A model generated the notes under the pieces. It saw only the letters and a program-made list of their open reading frames with translations. It searched no databases and was not told the origin of the DNA. Below, one piece after another: positions 7,246-15,162 of a stretch of DNA of 44,906 nt; the stretch's first letter is position 1, and each line of letters begins with the position of its first letter. A program made the position numbers and the translations under genes. The stretch is from a virus (Duplodnaviria > Caudoviricetes): positions 1 to 44,906 of IMG/VR virus record IMGVR_UViG_3300035676_000016; one strand, 5' to 3'.

Positions 7246-7484
7246 GCGATCCAGTCAACCATCCCAGTCATTACACGACTGGAAAGGCTGAGGTGATTGA
7301 TGTGATCGAGGATTGGGTGCGGCCTGCACCTGATCCGGTGGTTGGTGGCCTGCAGTGGCAGGTCATTAAATACATCAGTCGAATGTGGCTTAAGCGGGAT
7401 CCTTATGAGGATGCCAGAAAGGCCCAGTGGTATCTCAATCGGCTTGTCAACACGCTTGCTATGGAGGCTTACAGGGATCGATGA
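7242..7484 (+). CDS. DUF3310 family protein
   Basis: DPVNHPSHYT..EVIDVI...IKYISR..K...EDARKAQWYL. Confidence 0.85.
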   Translation: MSDPVNHPSHYTTGKAEVIDVIEDWVRPAPDPVVGGLQWQVIKYISRMWLKRDPYEDARKAQWYLNRLVNTLAMEAYRDR

Positions 7485-7717
7485 ATCTGGGGGAACAACG
7501 CTGCCCCAAGTGCGCTGGGACAATGCGGATGTTGTTCCAGGAAAAAACGTACAGCGGTCGCGCTAAGCGGCGGCGGTATGAGTGTTACGACTGCAAACAC
7601 CGCCAGAGCGACTATCTAGTTAGCGAGGCGTTCTTTCAACAACTTGTTGCCGCACACGACATCGTGGAGCGGCTCCAAGGTTTTTACTTTGACAACTGCG
7701 ACCCCGACGACGAATGA
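7481..7717 (+). CDS. Zinc-ribbon protein
   Basis: CPKC...RRRYECYDC. Confidence 0.75.
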   Translation: MNLGEQRCPKCAGTMRMLFQEKTYSGRAKRRRYECYDCKHRQSDYLVSEAFFQQLVAAHDIVERLQGFYFDNCDPDDE

Positions 7718-7929
7718 GGTGCTCCAACTGTGATTCATCAGAAGTTCGTGTAACGCGAACTTGCAGGGATACAACAGAGTCCATCTTGCGCCAGCGCACT
7801 TGTTTGAACTGCGGTACGCGGGTATTCACTGTTGAGGTGGAGTTGCCTGCGGGCTCTGTTGTGCATCGGGGCGCCAAAAGCAGCAGATTGGAGCGTCTTT
7901 CTGGATTTTTACGTGTTCACTTTTCATGA
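7714..7929 (+). CDS. NrdR-N-terminal-like zinc-ribbon protein
   Basis: MRCSNC..VTRT...RQRTCLNCGTRVFTVE; no ATP cone. Confidence 0.75.
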   Translation: MRCSNCDSSEVRVTRTCRDTTESILRQRTCLNCGTRVFTVEVELPAGSVVHRGAKSSRLERLSGFLRVHFS

Positions 7930-8207
7930 AAACACCTGTTCTTCGACTTACGCAGAGGCTGTGCCTTACCTGCGGCAAAAAGACTTTGAGTGCTGTGTAC
8001 TGCTGTAAGTGTTATGGCACTTCACCAGCGGGAAGGGAGGAAAAGCGCCAGGCATGGCATCGGCAAAAGTACAAGCCCTTGGAGGATGGGGGTGTGTGCC
8101 AGCAGTGTGTGCATTGGAATCACCGTTGCACGCTTGGGATTCCAGAGGCTGGGACCGTGATGGCTGAGCTGTGTTCGGCGCGGGAGTTTGATAGTGTGCT
8201 AGAGTAG
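7926..8207 (+). CDS. Cys-rich (zinc-finger) protein
   Basis: CLTC, CCKC, CQQCVHW..C motifs. Confidence 0.7.
   Translation: MKTPVLRLTQRLCLTCGKKTLSAVYCCKCYGTSPAGREEKRQAWHRQKYKPLEDGGVCQQCVHWNHRCTLGIPEAGTVMAELCSAREFDSVLE
8197..8205 (+). promoter_or_regulatory. Extended -10 promoter (TGCTAGAGT) for the DNA polymerase
   Basis: TGnTAnnnT about 45 nt before the ATG. Confidence 0.4.
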
Positions 8208-8251
8208 CACCGGCTACAATCTTTTAAGTAACTCACTTCGCCCTACCAGGC

Positions 8252-10075
8252 ATGGAAATTCTCTTTGGCATCGAGCACCTATCCACTTTGGAGGGGGCTA
8301 CTACTGTTGCATTTGACGTTGAGACGACGGGGCTCCAGCCCACCTTTGGAGGGTTGCGGTTACTCCAGCTCTGCACACTGGGACAGACACCAGTGGTGAT
8401 TGATTGTTGGCAGTTAGATGACAACGATTGGATCACGCTGGAGGAGTTTTTTGACGTTGAGCGGACGTGGATTGCGCACAACGCGGTGTTTGATTTGGGG
8501 TGGTTGCAGGAGTATGAAATCCATCCTGCGGGGCAGGTGCTTTGCACCATGCTCGCCAGTCGAATTCTTACCAATGGGTTGCCGAACTTAAAGCACGGTC
8601 TGCAGTACGTGGTGAAGCGGTATCTGCACTATGACATCTCTAAGGAACAGCAAAAAAGTGACTGGTCCGGTGATTTGTCCATGGACCAGATGGAGTATGC
8701 GGCCAAGGATGTTGTGGTGTTGACTGAGTTGATGAAGCCGATCCAGCAGCGGATGGCTGTGGAGAAACTTGCTCCAGCGTGGTTTTTGGAATGTGCGGCG
8801 CTCCAGTCGATGGCGCAGTTATGGCGAACTGGCCTTCCCTTTAATAAGGAGTCGCTTATTAAACTCATTGAGGATCTGGATATTGAGCACAAGGAAGTTG
8901 GGGATCGATTCATTGAAGACTTCGATGCTGCCTTACCTGAAGGCTTTAAGTTGCACAGGGATATGTTTGGTAACCTGAAGTACCAGACGCGATCTGAGAA
9001 GAAAGGTAAGCCAGATCCTGAGGTGTTTAATCTCAACAGTCCTGCACAGTTGTTGGTTAAATTTTCGGCGTTGTTGGGTAAGTCGCCGGTGGATACCAAG
9101 ACCGGCAAGCACAGTGCCAGTAAGTCTGCGCTCCAGGAATATGTAGGGGAGCACAAATGTATTGCGGATTATTTGCGGTGGAAACGGGTAGAGAAGCGTA
9201 GGCAGATGGCTGAAACGCTTGAAAAGAATGTTGCGACTGATGGTTTTATACGCGCTAGTTATCTACAGCTTGGGGCAGATACTGGAAGGATGTCGTGTAT
9301 GAGTCCCAACCTTCAGCAGATTCCGCGCGATGTGCGGTTTAGGGCTTGTGTGCAGGCTCCTGCAGGTTGGAAGTTGGTGGTGGCGGACTACAGCGGAATG
9401 GAGATGCGGCTTGCAGCAGCTGAGGCTGAGGATTCTCTTATGACTACAGCGTTCCAAGAAGGGAAAGATCTGCACACATTTACCGCGATGCAGATTTATG
9501 GGATAACCGAAGATCAAGTTACAAAAGAACAACGCCAAATTGCGAAGTCGGCAAATTTTGGATTGTTGTATGGAAGCGGTGCAAAAGGGTTGCGTAACTA
9601 TGCAGCAACAATGGGGATCCAGATGGAATTGGATGAGGCTGGTGCGATTAGGCAAGAGTTCCATTTTGCTTATAAGGGGATCAATCAGTGGCAGCGGAAA
9701 GCTGCTAATGCTGCTGACAACAGTAAGGGCAGAGGTGAGGTGCGGATTCGGGTGTCTGGTATGCGGCGGATTCTTCCAGGGGAGCACAACAAGCTGACTA
9801 CTCGTTGCAATACGCCGATTCAGGGAGCTGGTGCGGCCGTGTTGAAGCGGACGTTGGGTAAGTTGTGGCCTCTACTTAAAGCAGATGGGGAGGATGTTGT
9901 GCGATTGGCTGGTGTGGTGCATGACGAAGTAATCCTTTTAGTTGCAGAGGAACATGCTGCGGCATGGGTACTCCAGCTCCAGTCAGTCATGGAAGATGCT
10001 GAAGCGCAGTGGTTAGGGGATATTCCAGCGCTGGCAGAAGCTAAGGTCGGGGATAGCTGGGACCAAGCCAAGTGA
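8252..10075 (+). CDS. polA: Family A DNA polymerase with 3'-5' exonuclease
   Basis: ExoI FDVETTG, ExoII HNAVFD, ExoIII YAAKD; TGRMS..PNLQQIP; motif A ADYSGMEMR; motif B RQIAKSANFGLLYG; motif C VHDE. Confidence 0.97.
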   Translation: MEILFGIEHLSTLEGATTVAFDVETTGLQPTFGGLRLLQLCTLGQTPVVIDCWQLDDNDWITLEEFFDVERTWIAHNAVFDLGWLQEYEIHPAGQVLCTMLASRILTNGLPNLKHGLQYVVKRYLHYDISKEQQKSDWSGDLSMDQMEYAAKDVVVLTELMKPIQQRMAVEKLAPAWFLECAALQSMAQLWRTGLPFNKESLIKLIEDLDIEHKEVGDRFIEDFDAALPEGFKLHRDMFGNLKYQTRSEKKGKPDPEVFNLNSPAQLLVKFSALLGKSPVDTKTGKHSASKSALQEYVGEHKCIADYLRWKRVEKRRQMAETLEKNVATDGFIRASYLQLGADTGRMSCMSPNLQQIPRDVRFRACVQAPAGWKLVVADYSGMEMRLAAAEAEDSLMTTAFQEGKDLHTFTAMQIYGITEDQVTKEQRQIAKSANFGLLYGSGAKGLRNYAATMGIQMELDEAGAIRQEFHFAYKGINQWQRKAANAADNSKGRGEVRIRVSGMRRILPGEHNKLTTRCNTPIQGAGAAVLKRTLGKLWPLLKADGEDVVRLAGVVHDEVILLVAEEHAAAWVLQLQSVMEDAEAQWLGDIPALAEAKVGDSWDQAK

Positions 10076-10239
10076 CTGAGGAGTTCGAGTATCGGATCAG
10101 GATGTGGCCGCGCCATGGTCCGATGCACGACATTTTTGTTACCGCTCCAGACGCCTATGCCGCAAGGCTTAAGGCGCTGGAGCTTTGTCCTGATCAGACG
10201 CCCCAGTCGATCTTGAGAGTCTCAGATTTAGACACATGA
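10072..10239 (+). CDS. Small hypothetical protein (55 aa)
   Basis: GTGA/ATGA overlaps on both sides; MTEEFEYRIRMWP... Confidence 0.65.
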   Translation: MTEEFEYRIRMWPRHGPMHDIFVTAPDAYAARLKALELCPDQTPQSILRVSDLDT

Positions 10240-10439
10240 GTCGCACCGGCAGGGAGATCGTGTTGGAGTGGTTGATGCGTGAGGTGCGCATGGCCAAGAC
10301 GGCGGATCTCCATAGGGCGGCGGCTTTCTTGGAATGGGCAAGAGGGATTCGGAAGGGGTGCGGGAAGCAGCGTTCCAGTGCGCGGGTGGCGCAGTCCAAT
10401 GCGTGGCGGAAGGGGGTGGATCAGGATTTGCGGTGGTGA
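10236..10439 (+). CDS. Hypothetical basic protein
   Basis: ATGA-coupled; MSRTGREIVLEWL. Confidence 0.7.
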   Translation: MSRTGREIVLEWLMREVRMAKTADLHRAAAFLEWARGIRKGCGKQRSSARVAQSNAWRKGVDQDLRW

Positions 10440-10488
10440 GTCTATTGTGTCGCAGTATGCTACTGTGTAGGAGACTAGAACAGGGACC

Positions 10489-10764
10489 ATGCCGCTGCGC
10501 CACGGCTCGAAAATCTATTGCCAACTGCTTCTTGATACCAATCGGTACAAGCTGGCGGAAAAACTTGCCGCCACAGAAGGTAAGAAGGTGACGGGTTTGT
10601 TGCGGGAGATGGTCTACGCGGCGTTGGAAAAAGCGCTTCCGGCTTCGGACTACAAGGCTGCGGAGGCTGCGGATAAGGCAGCTTGGGCCGAGTCAGTCCA
10701 GCGGCGGGTGCAGGGCAGATTGCGCTCCAAGCAGCCAGAAGGTGGATCAGAAGTTGACGCATGA
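10489..10764 (+). CDS. Ribbon-helix-helix-like protein
   Basis: KIYCQLLLD..RYKLAEKLA..EGKKVTGLLREMV; TGCTACTGT extended -10 at 10458. Confidence 0.7.
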   Translation: MPLRHGSKIYCQLLLDTNRYKLAEKLAATEGKKVTGLLREMVYAALEKALPASDYKAAEAADKAAWAESVQRRVQGRLRSKQPEGGSEVDA

Positions 10765-10842
10765 GACTCAGTTGTGGTTTGTAACAGTCTGAGTCTGGTG
10801 GCGGTTGCGGGTTAAACTACTACAGTAGTTCACTAAAGGACA

Positions 10843-11064
10843 GTGACGCGGTACGTGGTTATGGCAGGGGATCGCTGGGTAACAGCGGTCTATGGGCCAG
10901 GGAATGGGATTGGACTGACGGCTGCGAAAGATGATGCGTCTAGTTGGGTGACCTATGAGCGGGCTGTTGTGGCTGCACAGGCTGTGGCTCGTTGCACTAA
11001 TAGCCCTGTTAGCGTCCATGGCGTGGAAGAACCCGTCTACCCCCGGTCTTGGAAAGCAGAATGA
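10843..11064 (+). CDS. Hypothetical protein
   Basis: AAGGA RBS, GTG start, TACAGT -10 upstream. Confidence 0.7.
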   Translation: MTRYVVMAGDRWVTAVYGPGNGIGLTAAKDDASSWVTYERAVVAAQAVARCTNSPVSVHGVEEPVYPRSWKAE

Positions 11065-11369
11065 ACGTCTTGAGCTGGGAGGAAAACCGGGAAGTCCGCT
11101 TCGGTGAAGGGATTTCACGCACCAGTGCAGAAAAATCTGCCCTTTTTGAGTTGCAGATCTGGCTGCCTGGTCAAGGTGCTATGCGGGATCTAGTGAGGGC
11201 TGAGTCGCTCCAGCAGGCTGTGGAGTTTGCCAAGAATCGTTACCCGAATTGTCGGGTGGATACGCCGGTGCCGCCGGCAAGGAAACCTAAGCTGGCTCGG
11301 TCGCACACCAGTCCCAGTGTGGCTGCGAAGGCGCGTAAAAAACTGTCAGAAACTCGCAATGACAACTGA
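11061..11369 (+). CDS. Hypothetical protein
   Basis: ATGA overlap; MNVLSWEENRE. Confidence 0.7.
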   Translation: MNVLSWEENREVRFGEGISRTSAEKSALFELQIWLPGQGAMRDLVRAESLQQAVEFAKNRYPNCRVDTPVPPARKPKLARSHTSPSVAAKARKKLSETRNDN

Positions 11370-11544
11370 AATTCCCCAGTGGGCTGTCGAGGCGTGGGCC
11401 AAAGTCCGCATCGACCAAGGCCGTCACGATTATCTGGAACGGCTTTACGTTTTGGATGGACGGGATTCGCCTCTACATCCCATGCATAGCCTCTACACCG
11501 GGCTTTACATGGATCACATTGCCAAGATGGAAAGCGAGGGCTAG
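11359..11544 (+). CDS. Hypothetical protein
   Basis: DYLERLYVLDGRDSPLHPMHSLYTGLY; last + strand gene, convergent with the late operon. Confidence 0.7.
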   Translation: MTTEIPQWAVEAWAKVRIDQGRHDYLERLYVLDGRDSPLHPMHSLYTGLYMDHIAKMESEG

Positions 11545-11762
11545 GCCGAATCGCGGTCCATGCCGAATTGATCCGCCAGGTTTTCCGCTGCTTCGCGGAT
11601 GGCCCAGGCGGATTTTGTTCGTTCCAGCTGATGGAGCGTATTAAGCAGAAGGGCTGCTTCCAGTAAGCCCCGGTAGTCGCCCTTGTTGAAACGCTCCACC
11701 AGCCACCTGTCCGTTGCAGCCTTGTGGAAGTTGGATTCGGTGGTGTGCTCGATGGGGCGCAT
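11541..11762 (-). CDS. Hypothetical protein
   Basis: Directly follows the endolysin stop. Confidence 0.7.
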   Translation of the reverse strand: MRPIEHTTESNFHKAATDRWLVERFNKGDYRGLLEAALLLNTLHQLERTKSAWAIREAAENLADQFGMDRDSA

Positions 11763-11764
11763 GG

Positions 11765-12895
11765 TCAGCTAGGGCGGATTTTCATGAGCCAGCCGGTGTC
11801 GGTGCCTTCAATGAGCCACCTAGGCAGCCAGTTTTTCTTGGAATAGGCAACGCCAGCGCCGCCCTTGTGACTTACATAGCCGCCTGCAGCCAGATTTGCC
11901 TCCCCGTAAGGATCATTGAAGATGAAGTGGGTTGGGGTGTAACCGACTACAACGCTCCAGTGGCCGCCGCCTGACGGATTGGACACAGGGCCGTGGTGCA
12001 ACCAGCCAACAGGTACGGGGCGGTTGGCGTTGATTTCGTCTTCCAGCTCTTGGGCCGTGCCGTCCATCTCAAAGGTGGCTTTGAGTCCTAGGGCTTTGAG
12101 AGCGGCGATTTGGGCTTTGGGGTCTGTAGTGTCGCCGAAGCGGGCGCGGAGTTTGTTGTATTCGTAATCTCCCGAAATTTTTCCGTAGTAGCGGGCCACC
12201 ATCGCACAACTCGAACTAAAGCATTGGCGGTAACCCGTTGCTCCATCGTCTGGTCCGAGCTGGTATTCGTAGGCAACCTTGAGGATTTTTTCTTTTGGTT
12301 TTACTGGTGGGTTAGTTCCAGTGTGTTGCTCCATCAGGGCGATCAACTTACCGGCGTAGTTGGGATCGGTGGCATACCCTTCTTTAACTAACCACTTGGC
12401 TGCTTCCTCGCGGGTGTTTGCGTTATTACAGCCTTTGTAAGTTTTGAAGTCTTTGTACCAGTGGTCTACAAGATAGATGACACAGGACAACAGGTCGGGA
12501 AAGTCAATGAAGCTGTCTGTGATGGAGATCCACTGATTGTTGATAAATTCTTGTGTTTTGGTGTCGGTGCCGTTGCCTTTGAGGCCGAAAAAGTTATTGC
12601 GGCCGGAGACAAGTTTGCCGTAGTTGGATTCCAGGGCCCATTGGGCGCTTACAAGTTCCGGGAATTTGGCGCCAGCTACGCGGGCTGCCTCGAGCACACC
12701 TTCCCACGTGTTGGGGAAGTTGGTTTGTTTACCGGCGACGCTCCAGGTCTTGAACCAGCCTTGGTCGCGGCCCAAGATGTTGGGGTTGGCTTTGTTGATG
12801 GCCTGTTCCAGCTCGGTGATGGCTGCCATCTGGTGGGGTAAACCTGGACGGTAGTACTTAAATAGATCTAAGAGGCGAAGTTTATTGGTTGTCAT
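11765..12895 (-). CDS. Endolysin: glucosaminidase (GH73-like) plus C39-like peptidase
   Basis: AQWALES..G..NNFFGLKG...GYATDPNY; QCFSSSCAM...GHWSVVVGY...NDPYG; start at MTTNK. Confidence 0.88.
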   Translation of the reverse strand: MTTNKLRLLDLFKYYRPGLPHQMAAITELEQAINKANPNILGRDQGWFKTWSVAGKQTNFPNTWEGVLEAARVAGAKFPELVSAQWALESNYGKLVSGRNNFFGLKGNGTDTKTQEFINNQWISITDSFIDFPDLLSCVIYLVDHWYKDFKTYKGCNNANTREEAAKWLVKEGYATDPNYAGKLIALMEQHTGTNPPVKPKEKILKVAYEYQLGPDDGATGYRQCFSSSCAMVARYYGKISGDYEYNKLRARFGDTTDPKAQIAALKALGLKATFEMDGTAQELEDEINANRPVPVGWLHHGPVSNPSGGGHWSVVVGYTPTHFIFNDPYGEANLAAGGYVSHKGGAGVAYSKKNWLPRWLIEGTDTGWLMKIRPS

Positions 12896-13532
12896 CGGGC
12901 TTACTCTTTTTACCAGAGCGAATAGGACGTGGCGGTGCGGTAAAGGCACGTTCTAGGGGCCAGCCTAGTCGGTATATCCTTTGCCAAAGTAAAGATTGTG
13001 TTATGTTATACAGTTCGGCCCACTCAGCTAACGATTTTGTCTGGCCTTGCCACGTCACTAGCTTATTTTTTGATGTGTTACGCATTTGCTGTTTTTGCGT
13101 AGCCCATACACAGTTACCTTTCCAATAATTTCTATCGTTATGTATTCTTTCTATACTTTTACCTTCTGGGCATTCGCCCATATCTGCGTAAAAACCTTCA
13201 AACGTGAACCACCTAGGATCTACTTGTATACCACGTGCGCCGTACCTATGGTAGTGCGGGCTGGTTTGTTGATAACACCGTTTAAACAGTGATCGCCAAA
13301 TTCTGTACGTACGAGAGTGTTGTCCTCGTCGGGCATGTCCATGCACAGTATTTTTACCTCTTAAACACCCACAACTTTTTGTTTTTCCGTTATTAAGTGT
13401 TGAACTAACGACTATAGTTAAGTTTCCACAGTCACACAGACATTCCCACCTGATTTTTCCAGTGTGTAAAGTGTGACGACGTAGTACGACTAGATGCCCA
13501 AAGCGCTGTCCAGTGAGCTTTAATGCTTGCAT
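12882..13532 (-). mobile_element. Free-standing HNH-type homing endonuclease gene
   Basis: LTGQRFGHL..WECLCDCG..SCGC..YGARGIQV..SIERIHNDRNYWKGNCVWAT..Q.RN; visibly AT-rich; inserted between holin and lysin. Confidence 0.85.
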
Positions 13533-13595
13533 CTGCCTAGTCAAGTAGGTGGATCGGAGCCGGAGTGCTGTCACACTGCCGGCTCACCTATATTA
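13533..13595 (-). promoter_or_regulatory. -10 element plus two-hairpin leader of HNH gene
   Basis: TAATAT, then GAGCCGG-C-AGTG-loop6-CACT-CCGGCTC; same geometry at 43695-43754. Confidence 0.7.
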
Positions 13596-13620
13596 CAGCA
13601 TAAGCATCAAAAGGACGCTA

Positions 13621-13761
13621 TTAACGGCGCTTGGGGAACATCAGGCGGAGACCCTGCAGCACCAGCTGGATCCAGCTGTTGGAGCGCAGTTTGCTCATGC
13701 CGATGATCTCGGAGCCGGCTGCAATGATGATGGCGGCTACTGCGATCTGCTCTTCAGTCAT
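13621..13761 (-). CDS. Putative holin-like small membrane protein (46 aa)
   Basis: MTEEQIAVAAIIIAAGSEIIGMSKLRSNSWIQLVLQGLRLMFPKRR; lies upstream of the lysin. Confidence 0.6.
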   Translation of the reverse strand: MTEEQIAVAAIIIAAGSEIIGMSKLRSNSWIQLVLQGLRLMFPKRR

Positions 13762-13858
13762 AAAAACCAATATTCTTACGGAAGTTTAGCTGTACTAGCC
13801 TAAACGCTCCAGCGCGTAAGGGTTTCTACAGCTACATTTCGGGTAGCCACTGCTGGGT

Positions 13859-14179
13859 ATGGACCATCGCATTGAGGATGGCGAATACTTAAACAAAAAA
13901 CAAGCAAAGGCAAGGTTTAGGCAATCGATTCTTAAAGAATGGGACAACAAGTGTGCCTACTGTGATACTTACTTAGGCAGGTCAGCCACGCTGGATCATG
14001 TACACCCAAAAATTCGTGGTGGACATACGCACCAGCAAAATTTGATTGCTTGTTGTTTTGCCTGTAATATTTCGAAATCTGCCAACGATTGGCTTGAGTG
14101 GTATAGAGATCAGGAGTTTTGGGAGCCGCACCGGGAGGATGCGATCATCCGCTGGATTACGGGAGGGCTGTGTGCGTAG
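13859..14179 (+). CDS. HNH endonuclease (McrA/HNH_5-like)
   Basis: CAYC..TLDHVHPK.RGG....NLIACCFACNISK. Confidence 0.88.
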   Translation: MDHRIEDGEYLNKKQAKARFRQSILKEWDNKCAYCDTYLGRSATLDHVHPKIRGGHTHQQNLIACCFACNISKSANDWLEWYRDQEFWEPHREDAIIRWITGGLCA

Positions 14180-14342
14180 GGTCCCAGCCCATACCCTCTA
14201 GGTACATGCGGGCGATGTATTCGTCTTCTGCATAACGGCAGATGCTGTTGATGCAGGCGCGGTAATAGATCTCGCCGCGTTCGTTTTCCAGCTGTTCCAG
14301 GCGGAAGCCGTTGGGGTAGCTGGTGCTTTGGATGACTGTCAT
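14157..14342 (-). CDS. Hypothetical protein
   Basis: ATGA overlap with the upstream gene. Confidence 0.65.
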   Translation of the reverse strand: MTVIQSTSYPNGFRLEQLENERGEIYYRACINSICRYAEDEYIARMYLEGMGWDPTHTALP

Positions 14343-14605
14343 CGCTGGATTTGCGATGGTTGGGTGTGTTCGAAGTGCAGTTTGGGTGCGGCTGCGTTAA
14401 TTACGAACGGGATTAAAAAACTCAGGCCGATGGCGAGGCCGACGCCTATGGCTACGCGGGTTTCAATCTCGCGGAGGCGGGAAAAGACGGCAGCCATATC
14501 GCCGCGCTTTTCACTGAGCTGAATCAGCACAGTTTCAAGTTTGCCTTCGAGGGAGCCGAGTTTGTGGTAAATGTCCCCATGCGAGACATCATCTGCTGGT
14601 GGCAT
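14339..14605 (-). CDS. Coiled-coil plus C-terminal TM protein (XhlA-like, possibly lysis-associated)
   Basis: LGSLEGKLE...RLREIE followed by VAIGVGLAIGLSFLIPFVI. Confidence 0.65.
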   Translation of the reverse strand: MPPADDVSHGDIYHKLGSLEGKLETVLIQLSEKRGDMAAVFSRLREIETRVAIGVGLAIGLSFLIPFVINAAAPKLHFEHTQPSQIQR

Positions 14606-14631
14606 GGGAACAATTACGCCTCAGTAATAGC

Positions 14632-14763
14632 CTAGCGACCCTGCCCTTTGAGCAGTTTACGGGTGCCGCGGGGCTTGCTGTGCTGGCCATTGCCCTGGCG
14701 GGTTTTCTTGGGACGATGGACAATTTCAGTGCGCCCCAGGGCGGTTTTGGATTTGACGGCCAT
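14632..14763 (-). CDS. Small basic protein (43 aa)
   Basis: MAVKSKTALGRTEIVHRPKKTRQGNGQHSKPRGTRKLLKGQGR. Confidence 0.65.
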   Translation of the reverse strand: MAVKSKTALGRTEIVHRPKKTRQGNGQHSKPRGTRKLLKGQGR

Positions 14764-14765
14764 GG

Positions 14766-15083
14766 TTAGTTACCCCAGGGCAGGCCTTGGCCGGTAACAG
14801 GATTGCGTTGTAGGTCGATTTGCTGCTGGAGAGCGGCTTCGATTTCGGCTACTTTCTCGCCGGTGAGCTTGTGTTGCACCCAAGTCACCACAATCTCAGG
14901 GGTTAGATCCGCGAATGGGATCATGGTGTCGGGGTCTGCAGGATCCAGGCCGATGGAGCCGTAGGCGCCAGAGCTGTAAGTACCGTCATGTGCTGAGACC
15001 GTGTAGTGGATCGTGGTGACGGTACCATCCGCCAGCTGGCGGTCCATGTTGGCGATAGCCCACTCAAAATTGGCAGCAGTCAT
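14766..15083 (-). CDS. Putative tail-fibre-associated protein
   Basis: Follows the fibre gene; FEWAIANMDR...IPFADLT...V.WV...GLPW. Confidence 0.7.
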   Translation of the reverse strand: MTAANFEWAIANMDRQLADGTVTTIHYTVSAHDGTYSSGAYGSIGLDPADPDTMIPFADLTPEIVVTWVQHKLTGEKVAEIEAALQQQIDLQRNPVTGQGLPWGN

Positions 15084-15162
15084 GAGTTCAGCTGGAATGT
15101 GCAAAGTGTAAGTGTGACGCAACCTGTTGGGAATGGCCGGTTGCCCGCCTTAGTGGGTAGGA

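Noticed and set aside
6736-7484. Modified-base (e.g. dU or dZ) genome pathway
   Set aside because: Only dcd and DUF3310 are present; no purZ, thymidylate-modifying, glycosyltransferase or queuosine-pathway genes seen
12882-13600. Group I intron around the HNH gene
   Set aside because: Lysin and holin-like ORFs are each intact and no P/Q/R/S core is recognisable; the same applies to 43200-43694
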